From an uncultured Spirochaetaceae bacterium (GTDB taxonomy: Bacteria > Spirochaetota > Spirochaetia > DSM-27196 > PWMO01), in NCBI GenBank assembly GCA_964623865.1, contig CAZUVX010000013.1, positions 1 through 56,539 of the forward strand: a stretch of DNA of 56,539 bases, written 5' to 3'. Under the pieces are notes generated by a model, which worked only from the letters and a program-made list of their open reading frames with translations, was not told where the DNA came from and ran no database searches. The translations under genes were made by a program, and so were the position numbers. This document shows positions 35,952 to 44,851 of the stretch, piece by piece. Positions within the stretch are counted from its first letter, which is position 1. Every line of letters begins with the position of its first letter.

Positions 35952-37325
35952 CTACCGCCACCCGATCCGCAACTGCCGCGCCAGCTTCTGCAGCAGTCCA
36001 CGATGGTGCCCCTGCACGACACACATATGGTGCGGCATGCCGGCGTGGAGCATCTCCTCGAACCACTCGTTCACATCGACTTCGGTGATTTCCGCGAGAC
36101 CGTTCGTAGCCATGATGTGACGCTTGGGCGTGACGGTGCGGCCCTCGAGGGCGGTCATGTGGTAGAAGCCGTCGGTACGCCACATTCGGAAAATGGTGAC
36201 GGGCATGTCCGCCTTGATAGTGGCTTCCACCACTGCGGGGAGCCGGTTATTGAATTGAACGCCAATGTGCGGGCCGAGCTCCGTCCCCACAGGCTCGCAG
36301 AGCTCGAAGGGTGCCGCCCCGGTATGCCAGATGCCTATGTGCCTCGCGTCATGCTCGAGCCAGTCCGACAGGTAGACCGGACCAATTCCCAGGTCCTCCG
36401 CAATGAGACTGCACAGGGCGCCGTCGACATCTCCCTCCATGGCGATCGCCTTCCCCTCGGAGACGTGCCGTGCGAGGGCCAGGTAGGGCCACTGCTTCAT
36501 GACCGTGGGGAGGTCCGGCCAGTCCCGGAACGCGAGGGCCGAGGAGGCCTCGTTGGTGAGATACTCCTGCATGGCAAGGTAGTACCGCGCCTGTAGAGGC
36601 AGCGCGGATTCGTCGGCATCCCGGTAGGGCAAGCCCAGGGACTCGAAGGCCGAGACCTCGGCGGCGACGGCATCATCCTTCTGGTTCTCTACCCGGCCGA
36701 GAAACTCCTGGACGCTCTCGTGGTAGAGCTGGACTCCGAGCTCGTCATTGAGATCAATGGGGTCGGCGTGGAAGTCCACGAAGCCGGGAGCGTGATACCC
36801 GACCAGCGCCACTTTGCCGCGGCGCAGGTCCGTTGCCGCAACGACCAGGCGGACCGCCTCTTCCAGACGGCCGCGTACCGCCGAGTCGCCGGGATCGCCG
36901 TAGACGAACTCGAAGGGGCGGTTGAGATGGCGCAGCGTTGCCGCCATGACGTGGGTACCGACCAGGGAGTTCGCGCTGATCATGGAACCCTCCTCCTTCT
37001 CCGGCGTCGCCCAGAGAACGAGGGGGCGGTTCCACACCTGCGCGAGCACCGGCGCCAGGCGACCGTCACTGATGGTCGGTTGCGTCACCACGACGGTGTC
37101 GACGCCGGCAGCCTCACACTCCGCGAGAGCCGCCCGCACGCCGGCGTCGTCGGCAATGTTGTCGGAAGGGATGGTCACCCCGAAGGGCGCCTCCCCCGCG
37201 TACGCCCGAAGACGCTTCTTGATCTCGGCGCCCCAGTCGGGGTCGAAGCCGGGCCGCTTCCTGCCGAGGAGGAGCAGTCCGACTCGTCGAGTTGTCAGGT
37301 TGTCACTGTGCTCTCCGGTTGCCAT
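35952..37325 (-). CDS. L-fucose/L-arabinose isomerase family protein (candidate sulfosugar aldose-ketose isomerase)
   Basis: 457 aa. N-terminal Rossmann-like domain and a C-terminal domain with AMEGDVDGAL and GIWHTGAAP segments resembling the metal-binding regions of FucI/AraA-like isomerases. Operonic with the TauE gene. Confidence 0.7.
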   Translation of the reverse strand: MATGEHSDNLTTRRVGLLLLGRKRPGFDPDWGAEIKKRLRAYAGEAPFGVTIPSDNIADDAGVRAALAECEAAGVDTVVVTQPTISDGRLAPVLAQVWNRPLVLWATPEKEEGSMISANSLVGTHVMAATLRHLNRPFEFVYGDPGDSAVRGRLEEAVRLVVAATDLRRGKVALVGYHAPGFVDFHADPIDLNDELGVQLYHESVQEFLGRVENQKDDAVAAEVSAFESLGLPYRDADESALPLQARYYLAMQEYLTNEASSALAFRDWPDLPTVMKQWPYLALARHVSEGKAIAMEGDVDGALCSLIAEDLGIGPVYLSDWLEHDARHIGIWHTGAAPFELCEPVGTELGPHIGVQFNNRLPAVVEATIKADMPVTIFRMWRTDGFYHMTALEGRTVTPKRHIMATNGLAEITEVDVNEWFEEMLHAGMPHHMCVVQGHHRGLLQKLARQLRIGWR

Positions 37326-37338
37326 GCATGTTCCCTTT

Positions 37339-37357
37339 GTTTCTTTCGGTAAGTAAT
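37339..37357. promoter_or_regulatory. Degenerate second copy of the GTTTCTT...TAAG operator-like motif
   Basis: GTTTCTTTcggTAAGTAAT lies 14-32 nt upstream of the isomerase ATG (37325). It shares the GTTTCTT half-site and the TAAG core with the 32779..32797 palindrome. Confidence 0.3.
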
Positions 37358-37421
37358 TAATGTGTTCGGGTGCAGTGTAGTGCAGGTGGGTGCGACAGGT
37401 AAAGGGTCTCGGGCGCGGGCG

Positions 37422-39086
37422 CTACCGCGCCGCCGGCAGCGCCGTCACCGGCGCGACGCCGGTGGGAACCGTGTAGATGTAGTTCGGCTGGGCGTAGCGC
37501 ACCTCGGGGCGCGCCGCCAGGTCACGGATCACCGCCACGTGGTCTGCACCCGGCGCCAGGCGCGCCCGCAGACGCCGCGGATCTTCACCAACAATCTCGG
37601 CAACACCTTCGACCGCCTCGGCAACTCCCCGGCGCGCAGGCGCAACTTCGTCGGGAGCCAGGCGCTCCTCCCACAGGGCGAGCACCACACTTCCTGCATC
37701 ATAGTCGATGCCTACGTTCGCCGTTGATGCCGGCAGGAATGCTCCCTCGCGCTGCAGGATCGGCCGTCCCATGGGGCCCGATCCCGAGTTCCCGGTGCCT
37801 GCGGCGCCGTCACCGTCCGCCCCGCCTCCGTCCCCGCCGATCGGCGCCACTCCGTAGTCGTCCGTCGCGCGGATGAGGTACTCCAGCGCCGCCCGGGCGT
37901 TGATGATTCCGTGACCGTAGTACTTATCGTGACCCGGCTCGCCGGCGTCGTCGACTGTTGCCAGCAGAATGTCGTACACCTCATCCTGGGTCAGCTCCGG
38001 CGCATAGCTGTACAGCAGCGCCACCACCCCCGCAACGTGAGGAGTGGCCATTGAGGTGCCTTGTTGGCCGGTGTAGGCGTCAATGATGTCGCCCGCGCCG
38101 TCGCAGGGGTGCGGCGGGTCGGAGCCGAAGACGACGCAGTCGATGTCGCTGGTGCTCCATACAGGGTCACTGCCCGCGCCCCCGGGCGCTGCAAAGTCGA
38201 GTTCCGGACCAGTATTGGAGTACGGTGCCCTGTCACCGTCCGGACCAACCGCCGCAATCGCCAGGGTGTTGTCGTACCGTGCCGGAGCGAGCACGCCACC
38301 GGCGGTCGTATCCGTACCGCCCAGGGTATTGCCCGCCGCAGCGATTACCGTAGCGCCGGCATCCACAGCCGCCTGAACTGCCTCGTAGAGTTTGATGTCG
38401 CCATCTTCGACGACGCCGCCCAGGCTCAGATTGATCACCTTCGCAGGGGCTCCGGTGAGAGGTCGAGCTCCGGAGTGGTCGGAGACGTCGCCGCCGACTG
38501 CGTAGAGGATCGCTGCCGCAATGTCGTCGGTGGATCCCTGTACGCAGTCTGGAGAAGTGCAACCGGGAGGAGCCCCGAGGGCGCGGAGCGGCATGGCCTC
38601 TACCACCGCGGGCCGGTCGGAATCCCCAATTCCTGCTACCCCTATTTCGTTGCCCGTGATCGCCACCAGGGTTCCCGCCACATGCATTCCGTGGAAGGCG
38701 GTTGCGCTGTAGGGGCCGTCGTCGGTGGCGTCGTTGTCATCTTCGAAGAAGTCCCACTCCTCGACCCGTCGTCCGGGATCCAGATCCTCATGCTCCCGAA
38801 TCCCCGTGTCGATCACGGCCACTCGCACCGTTTGCGGCGTCCGCGGGGGGCCGCCGGGGGTGCCCGCCTCGCGCATGATGGACCATGCGCCCGGTACATC
38901 GATCAGGTCGTAGTGCCATTGCAGGTCGTAGTACTCGTCGTCGGGGATGTACTTAGCCGGGGCGGTGTAGGGCTCGTAGCTCCGGTTCTGCACGAAGAGC
39001 GAGTCGTTGCAGCCGGCAAGGAGGCCGGCCGTCGCCACCAGCAGGGCCGCCGCCCCCACGTGGGCGGCGCAGCGATCAGTTCTCAA
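37422..39086 (-). CDS. S8 family (subtilisin-like) serine peptidase, probable lipoprotein
   Basis: Catalytic triad motifs VAVIDTGI, HGMHVAGT and GTSMATPHVAG. Lipobox LLVATAGLLAGC. Start uncertain (TTG at 39086 or GTG at 39059; the ORF is open to 39368 but that region overlaps the OmpA-like gene). Confidence 0.85.
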   Translation of the reverse strand: MRTDRCAAHVGAAALLVATAGLLAGCNDSLFVQNRSYEPYTAPAKYIPDDEYYDLQWHYDLIDVPGAWSIMREAGTPGGPPRTPQTVRVAVIDTGIREHEDLDPGRRVEEWDFFEDDNDATDDGPYSATAFHGMHVAGTLVAITGNEIGVAGIGDSDRPAVVEAMPLRALGAPPGCTSPDCVQGSTDDIAAAILYAVGGDVSDHSGARPLTGAPAKVINLSLGGVVEDGDIKLYEAVQAAVDAGATVIAAAGNTLGGTDTTAGGVLAPARYDNTLAIAAVGPDGDRAPYSNTGPELDFAAPGGAGSDPVWSTSDIDCVVFGSDPPHPCDGAGDIIDAYTGQQGTSMATPHVAGVVALLYSYAPELTQDEVYDILLATVDDAGEPGHDKYYGHGIINARAALEYLIRATDDYGVAPIGGDGGGADGDGAAGTGNSGSGPMGRPILQREGAFLPASTANVGIDYDAGSVVLALWEERLAPDEVAPARRGVAEAVEGVAEIVGEDPRRLRARLAPGADHVAVIRDLAARPEVRYAQPNYIYTVPTGVAPVTALPAAR

Positions 39087-40311
39087 GAATCGTGATCTCC
39101 ACGCGGCGGTTCCGGCGCATGCCCTCCTCGGTGGCGTTGTCGGCGATCGGCTCCCGGGCGCCCATTCCGCGATAGAGGAGGCGCGAATCATCGCGGACCT
39201 CGGTCTCCAGGAGGTACCGGCCGACAGCGCCGGCGCGTTCCTCCGAGAGTCGCTGCCGCCCTTCGGCGGTTCCGGCGAGGGCCGTGTGGCCGGTAATGAG
39301 GATGTCCCGCTCGGGATATTGGCGCAGGATGTCGCCGATCCGGTCGAGCTTCTCCTTTTCCGAATCACGCAGCAAGGCGGAGTCCGCGGGAAACTGTATG
39401 TCCTGCAGCGTGATGGTCACGCCCCGGTCGTCGGCGCGGACGTCGGTGTCGGGCACCTCCAGCTCTTCGAGATCCTTCTGGATCTGATCGGCTACCTTTT
39501 CACGCTCCAGGGGAGTCGACTCGACCACCTCCGCCTCGGCACTTCCCTCGAAGGTCATGCTCCGGCCGTCGGAGAACTGAAACATGAAGTAGTAGTCCTC
39601 CTCGTACGCGTGGGGTCGGCCGAAGTCGCGATCCCAGTACATGATCTGGTCGGAGGTGCCGGTAATGACAGTCGCGTAGAGGGGCGCGTCGGGGCGCGCT
39701 TCGGGCCGGTAGAAGACATTGTATTCGATGGAGAAGGCGGGGTACTCCGTATCCTCGTAGGTTCGCTCCCCCAGATACTCGTACGTGACCGGTATGGGAA
39801 ACGTAACGATTCCGGCTTCTCCGAACTCCGGGAATAGGTCGTGAATCTCCTTGCCCTCGTGCACCCAGGTTTCGCCCACTCTTACGGGCGAATCCGGAAA
39901 AACCGGCACGTCAATGACCACGGGCACGATCTCCTCGGGGGAGATGTCGTAGCGGCCCCGGGCGTCGCGCCAGTAGTCGCTGGAGTAGTCCTCGCCGTAC
40001 TCGTAGACACCGGTGGAGGTGGAGCGCTCGCTCGAATGCTGATAGAGGACGCTGTGGAAGCCGCGGCCCTCGGATACGTCCTTCACCGACACGGAGATCC
40101 GATTGAGAATGTCGGCGCTGTGCGAGTACGTCCCGTTTACGCTGACGATCTGGTCAACCTGAGAGAGTATGCGATACTGCTCCCCCGATCTATACCGAAA
40201 CTGGAAGAGCTCACTCTCTCCGTCCTGGTCGGACTGCGTCCAGGCGAACCCGGCGACGGCGACCAGGAAGGCCGTGAGCATCGACATCTTGGATAACAGG
40301 GTTCGATTCAT
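39076..40311 (-). CDS. OmpA/MotB C-terminal domain protein (periplasmic/outer-membrane associated)
   Basis: ATG at 40311 gives the signal peptide MNRTLLSKMSMLTAFLVAVAGFAWT. C-terminal OmpA-like domain (ITLQDIQFPADSALL...ITGHTA...RRNRRVEITIL). Confidence 0.85.
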   Translation of the reverse strand: MNRTLLSKMSMLTAFLVAVAGFAWTQSDQDGESELFQFRYRSGEQYRILSQVDQIVSVNGTYSHSADILNRISVSVKDVSEGRGFHSVLYQHSSERSTSTGVYEYGEDYSSDYWRDARGRYDISPEEIVPVVIDVPVFPDSPVRVGETWVHEGKEIHDLFPEFGEAGIVTFPIPVTYEYLGERTYEDTEYPAFSIEYNVFYRPEARPDAPLYATVITGTSDQIMYWDRDFGRPHAYEEDYYFMFQFSDGRSMTFEGSAEAEVVESTPLEREKVADQIQKDLEELEVPDTDVRADDRGVTITLQDIQFPADSALLRDSEKEKLDRIGDILRQYPERDILITGHTALAGTAEGRQRLSEERAGAVGRYLLETEVRDDSRLLYRGMGAREPIADNATEEGMRRNRRVEITILEN

Positions 40312-40415
40312 TGTGTTCAACCTACTGCAGAAACTAGTACACTCCAACTAGAACGCATCGGCGCTTTCTTGACAAAGGGTTAGCCGAGCGATAGCGTTCT
40401 ATAATGTAAGCATTA

Positions 40416-41660
40416 ATGTTGGAGCTTACTGGGGAAAAAAGCGTGGCCTTAGAGCAACAAATCACCGACGGCCTGGAGAATCTTCATAAGGCCTCCCCAA
40501 GACGGATCCGGAAACTCCTGTCTCCCGCTCAGGGTGCCATTGTCAGGCAGGTCGCCCGACGACGGGACGTCGTAGTCTACACCGGATCCGGGGATGCTCG
40601 GTATGAGCATCTTCTCCTACCCCCACTCGTGACCAACCGCAAGCCCGAGCCGAACGTTCAAGCCGTTATCATGACCGGAAGCGCGGAAACCGTGAGGAGC
40701 ACCGCTTCCCGCGCGCAACGCGTCATGGGGAAACAGGGACCCCGCACCGGTCGAACCCGTGTTGTATCCCTGGGTGCAGGTGAAGCTCCGCGAAAGGAGG
40801 CGGAGCGTATTGCCGAAAGCCCGGACATTGTTATCGGTACAACTCAGCGAATCATCGACCATATTCGGCGGAACAATCTCGACCTGTCGCGCGTACGGAT
40901 TTGCGTGGTGGATGAACCGGATGAAGACGAGGCGGGCCGCTTCAACGCCGACCTCGAATACATCTTTTCCAAGATTGCCGCAACGCCGCAATCGGTCGTG
41001 TTCGTCTCGGAGCCGAATGAGCAAGCCGCCGCAGTCATGGAACTGCTGCGACGTCCGGCTATTGTCGATCTCACGGAGCTCGGCGAGGAGTCGCGAAACG
41101 GGGAGACCAAGGAACATACCACATCACAGGAGGGTGCCCCCGTGTACGATCAAGACTACAAGCACCTGTTTTCGGACGACGACCTGAAGGACTGGATCAA
41201 GTCCGTTCTCTCGGAGATTCACGACGAGGAGGATCCCGATGAGATGGATGCGTACCGCAAGATTATCAAGAAGTACGTGCCGTTCTTTCGCCGCGGTTAC
41301 TTCACAGCCTACCTGCTGAAGCAACTCAGAGAGAAGGAGGGAGGCGGCACCTCCTCGCGATCCCCCCGTCGGCGCGCCGCAGCCGGCGGCGGCGCGAGCG
41401 CTGGTGAAGCCAGGGAAGGCTACAAGACGATGTTCGTGGGCGTGGGAAAGAACCGCAAGGTCTTTCCCCGCGACATGATCCAGCTCTTCTCCAACGTGGA
41501 CGGCATCACCGGATCGGACATCGGGCAGATCAAGATCCTCGACAACTACTCCTTCGTCGAGATTACCGACGACAAGGCGGAGAGCGCCATTGCGGAGTTG
41601 AACGGCAAAGAGTACCGCGGCCGCAAGCTCAACGTGAACTACGCCCGGAAGAAGGACTGA
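40416..41660 (+). CDS. Degenerate DEAD-box domain-1 protein fused to a DbpA-type RNA-binding domain
   Basis: Remnants of the DEAD-box motifs: TGSGDA (Walker A Lys lost), DIVIGTTQRIIDHI (Ib), VVDEPDE (II), VSEP (III). No RecA domain 2. Acidic then Arg/Gly-rich linker. C-terminal MFVGVGKNRKVFPRDMIQLF...KLNVNYARK resembles the DbpA/CsdA RBD. Confidence 0.7.
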   Translation: MLELTGEKSVALEQQITDGLENLHKASPRRIRKLLSPAQGAIVRQVARRRDVVVYTGSGDARYEHLLLPPLVTNRKPEPNVQAVIMTGSAETVRSTASRAQRVMGKQGPRTGRTRVVSLGAGEAPRKEAERIAESPDIVIGTTQRIIDHIRRNNLDLSRVRICVVDEPDEDEAGRFNADLEYIFSKIAATPQSVVFVSEPNEQAAAVMELLRRPAIVDLTELGEESRNGETKEHTTSQEGAPVYDQDYKHLFSDDDLKDWIKSVLSEIHDEEDPDEMDAYRKIIKKYVPFFRRGYFTAYLLKQLREKEGGGTSSRSPRRRAAAGGGASAGEAREGYKTMFVGVGKNRKVFPRDMIQLFSNVDGITGSDIGQIKILDNYSFVEITDDKAESAIAELNGKEYRGRKLNVNYARKKD

Positions 41661-41663
41661 CCC

Positions 41664-41688
41664 CTCGGAGGCGCCGCGCGCCTCCGAG
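41664..41688. terminator. Perfect 11-bp stem-loop between convergent genes (bidirectional terminator candidate)
   Basis: CTCGGAGGCGC-cgc-GCGCCTCCGAG starts 4 nt after the DbpA-domain gene stop. No U tract, as is common in GC-rich genomes. Confidence 0.5.
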
Positions 41689-41723
41689 CCGCGCGGTGTG
41701 GGTGCGCCGTCCGCGCCCGCGCC

Positions 41724-42914
41724 CTACCGGAACAGCAGACTCACCACGAGAATGAGCAGATAGAGGTTTGCCAGCAGCGCCGCGAGGATGCACGCCCCCG
41801 CGGAGAGCTCCATGATGCGAGCGCGACGCTGACTCGCCTCCGAGAGGAACTCCGGATCACCCGGCAGGGCCACACGCTCGGCCATGGGATCCTGGGGCGG
41901 CGCGGGTAGCTGCGTCGCCTCGGCAGGCTTCCGGTCGTGCACCGTACCGAATACGATCGCCCGGTCGCCCGGCTCGGTTGCAACGGATGGCCGGCGCCAC
42001 AGCAGAGTCGTATCGGACTCCAGCTCCGACGCCGGATACTCCCGCCGGACGTACGGCTCGCCGTCGGGAAGGATCGTTTCGGTGAAGCCGGGCGGCCCGT
42101 ACCGCAAGGGGAGACGCAAGAGATCCCGCTCGGCGCGCAAGGTGCGCCCGATCCGCCACAATCGCCGATACAGGAAGAAGAGGATCACTCCGGGCGGTGC
42201 CAGGATTGAGAGGGGCAGAAGCCCGAGCGCCGCCGAGAGGAGCCCGGCTATGCGCGTGAGCGGCGAGCCAATGTAGAAGTAGGCCAGAATGAAGAGGGAG
42301 AGGCTGCCCGCCGCAAGGGCGATAGGCGTGACGCTGTTCCAGTACTCGTTCTGCTGGCGGCCGTCCCGAATGGAACGAAACACCAGCGTCTCGTCCGGCC
42401 CGTCATACATGATGACGAAGGGCTTCGATCCATCGGCACCCTTGAAGACGGCGCGCCCACGCTCACCGAAGAGGCTTCCCGCTACGAACATGCGCGTCCC
42501 CTCCGGCAATGAACCGACCTTCTTCCAGGTGGTTGCCATCGGTACCTCTCCCTGATCGGCGTGGAGGGACAGGCGTTCCCGCCCGGCCGCAGCGTTAACG
42601 GGGCCTCCGGGCACCATGTAGACGGGGGCATCCGTAAGCTCAACGGCAATGCTCGCACGACCATCCGTGAGCCAGGCAATGCCGTCTCCCTGAATGGATT
42701 CGAGACCGCCGAAGAAGCGGTACCACCCGATGAAACGCTCCCGGCGCGCGCGGCTTCCAACGAGGACCTCCGGGTATCCCGCCGTTGCATACGTCGATGC
42801 CGTCGTAATGCGCCGCCTGAAGACGCGCCAGCGGTGCCGCGCCAGAAAAGCGCCGATGCCGGGGATCAACAGGAAGAAGAGAAAGGCAACCAGGAATACC
42901 AGGACGAAGTGCAT
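41724..42914 (-). CDS. Hypothetical integral membrane protein
   Basis: ATG at 42914 (MHFVLVFLVAFLFFLLIPGIGAFL...). N-terminal TM, central soluble region, 2-3 further TM helices and a C-terminal TM. No recognisable family. Confidence 0.55.
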   Translation of the reverse strand: MHFVLVFLVAFLFFLLIPGIGAFLARHRWRVFRRRITTASTYATAGYPEVLVGSRARRERFIGWYRFFGGLESIQGDGIAWLTDGRASIAVELTDAPVYMVPGGPVNAAAGRERLSLHADQGEVPMATTWKKVGSLPEGTRMFVAGSLFGERGRAVFKGADGSKPFVIMYDGPDETLVFRSIRDGRQQNEYWNSVTPIALAAGSLSLFILAYFYIGSPLTRIAGLLSAALGLLPLSILAPPGVILFFLYRRLWRIGRTLRAERDLLRLPLRYGPPGFTETILPDGEPYVRREYPASELESDTTLLWRRPSVATEPGDRAIVFGTVHDRKPAEATQLPAPPQDPMAERVALPGDPEFLSEASQRRARIMELSAGACILAALLANLYLLILVVSLLFR

Positions 42915-43071
42915 ATCCTGATCAATTCTACCGCATGCGCCGCCGTGGTGGACAGAGAGACATTGCAGCGGCATCGGCGCGTTCATACAGGGGCGCGTCG
43001 CCGCCGGCGCCGGCGGACCATCGGATCCGACACTTGTTGAAAGAGCCCAGATAGGATACGATTTTCGGACC

Positions 43072-43746
43072 ATGGTAGAACGTATCGTTGTCGGAGCATT
43101 GCACACGAATGCCTATGTGGTTTCCACCGGTCGCAAAGAGTGCATCCTGATCGACCCCGGCGACGAGGCGCAGACCATCTACCGGCGCTTGACCGCCCTC
43201 AACATGGTGCCCCAGGCGGTGCTGCTGACCCACGGTCACCTGGACCACACCGCGGCAGCCCTGGGCATTCGCGAGTACTACGACCACGACATACAGATAG
43301 GGATTCACCGGAAGGACGCCCCTCTCCTGTCCGCCGACTCCTTCGAGCGGCACAAAGAGATGTTCGAGACCATTGGCCCGGAGGGCCTCGAGTTGTTCGA
43401 GCGGCTCTACGTCGCTCTGCCGCCCCCGGACTTCTACCTGGAAGAGGGCTCCAAGGTAATGGAAACCGACCTGACGGTGATTCATACCCCGGGCCACACC
43501 CCGGGAAGCATCTCCCTCTACAGCGAGCAGGATGAAGCGCTCTTCTCGGGCGATACGCTCCTCTTCAAGTCCGTCGGGCCGACCGAGAGCAAAGACAGCG
43601 ACCACGACGCTCTGATTGAAAGCATTACCAAGAAGCTCTTCGAGCTGCCCGACAGCACCCGCCTCTACCCGGGCCACGGTCCCTACTCCACCCTGGAGCG
43701 AGAGAAGCGCAACAACATTGCGCTTCGGGAAGAGGGCGTTATTTGA
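43072..43746 (+). CDS. MBL-fold metallo-hydrolase (glyoxalase II-like)
   Basis: 224 aa with LLTHGHLDH (HxHxDH) and HTPGHTPGS motifs. Confidence 0.88.
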   Translation: MVERIVVGALHTNAYVVSTGRKECILIDPGDEAQTIYRRLTALNMVPQAVLLTHGHLDHTAAALGIREYYDHDIQIGIHRKDAPLLSADSFERHKEMFETIGPEGLELFERLYVALPPPDFYLEEGSKVMETDLTVIHTPGHTPGSISLYSEQDEALFSGDTLLFKSVGPTESKDSDHDALIESITKKLFELPDSTRLYPGHGPYSTLEREKRNNIALREEGVI

Positions 43747-43749
43747 CTC

Positions 43750-44133
43750 CTACACGAGCAGGCTGAAGAGGAGCCCCCCGTCGCCGGCGGAAACCGGAGC
43801 GTAGCCGGAGGGTTTGGTGTGTACGGCTTTGTCGTGCAGCTGTTCGGCCAGTGCCATGATCTCTTGTTCCATGGGGCGGGATTCCGTTGGGCGGGTGAAG
43901 CGCGGATCCTGCGAGAGCCGGTCCAGGAGATTGTCGATCATCTTCACCTTATCCAGGCTGAGGCCGGGCTGATTCCGGGATGGGATGCCGCGAACGTGCT
44001 TGAAACGAACGTACCCGAGGCTCGGATTCACCGGCACCCGCACACCCCCGAGGGCGTTGCGCTGCCGGAGAACCGCGTTCAGAGAAAGCGGGCGGGCGAA
44101 TTGAATGCTCGTAGATGAAACGCTTGCACTCAT
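43750..44133 (-). CDS. Hypothetical protein
   Basis: GGAGGG RBS then ATG at 44133. 127 aa. Downstream of, and co-directional with, the DksA-like gene. No recognisable motif. Confidence 0.4.
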   Translation of the reverse strand: MSASVSSTSIQFARPLSLNAVLRQRNALGGVRVPVNPSLGYVRFKHVRGIPSRNQPGLSLDKVKMIDNLLDRLSQDPRFTRPTESRPMEQEIMALAEQLHDKAVHTKPSGYAPVSAGDGGLLFSLLV

Positions 44134-44179
44134 TCCTTCGATCCCTCCGTCTTGATTATCGGAGAGACCGGAAGGAGTA

Positions 44180-44536
44180 TTAGCGGTTCTTGCGCTCCAG
44201 CTCCGTCTGGTACTCGACACAGTACAGAGCGTATGGAATGGCCTCAAGCCGCTCCTTGGGAATCGGTTTCCCGGTCTTGAGGCAGTAGCCGTAGCGTCCG
44301 CCGTCGATCCGCGCCAGGGCCGACTCGATAAGGCGCAGTCGCTTCATCTCCTGCGCGCCGAGCGCATCCAGCGTCTTCTTGTCGATGTCGCTGCTGGCGA
44401 TATCGACCAGGTCCTTGGAATTGTCTGATTCGACCAGCTCTCGAAAGTCGGAGTCCTCCGCCATGAGGTTCTGCAGTATGTCTTCCTTCATGGTAAGCAG
44501 CTTCTTACGCATGCGTTCCACGAATCTCTTGTCCAT
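44180..44536 (-). CDS. DksA/TraR family protein with a degenerate (two-Cys) zinc finger
   Basis: ATG at 44536. 118 aa. Coiled-coil N-terminus, then YGYCLKTGKPIPKERLEAIPYALYCVEYQ, where the 2nd and 4th Cys of the CxxC...CxxC finger are Thr and Tyr. Confidence 0.8.
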   Translation of the reverse strand: MDKRFVERMRKKLLTMKEDILQNLMAEDSDFRELVESDNSKDLVDIASSDIDKKTLDALGAQEMKRLRLIESALARIDGGRYGYCLKTGKPIPKERLEAIPYALYCVEYQTELERKNR

Positions 44537-44740
44537 GAACGACTCCTTGACGCAACCGACCCCCGACAGAATCCACGTCGCGTTCAGATTCGGTCCGGCT
44601 AAGTGGCCATGAAATATGGGTAAAAGCACTTCAAAAGTCAATACGCTCACGCGGAAAAAGCAGTGCGGACGCCGCCTGCAACGCCCGGAGCGTGTCCCCG
44701 GGAGGTGACACGCTCATCCCCTGCGCCGCCGCCATTGCGC

Positions 44741-44770
44741 TTGACACAGCGGGGACGGTGAACCTATTGT
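44741..44770 (+). promoter_or_regulatory. Sigma70-like promoter upstream of infA (TTGACA-18 nt-TATTGT)
   Basis: TTGACA at 44741..44746 and TATTGT at 44765..44770, about 80 nt upstream of the infA GTG. Confidence 0.4.
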
Positions 44771-44851
44771 TATCACGCTCACCACGGGGGGCGGCCGGTA
44801 TGGGCGCTTCACCTGAAGGTGGGCCGACAATCCCTGCAATCAGGAGGACGC

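Noticed and set aside
40369-40405. TTGACA (40369) and TATAAT (40400) upstream of the DbpA-domain gene, considered as a consensus promoter.
   Set aside because: The hexamers are separated by 25 nt, too far for a sigma70 -35/-10 pair. The TATAAT may still function with another upstream element, so it is only mentioned in the corresponding finding.
44537-44851. 315-bp gene-free region between the DksA-like gene and infA, examined for a small RNA, tRNA or riboswitch.
   Set aside because: I found no cloverleaf-like or known riboswitch pattern. The short ORFs at 44631..44870 and 44692..44874 have no coding character. Only a plausible infA promoter could be supported.
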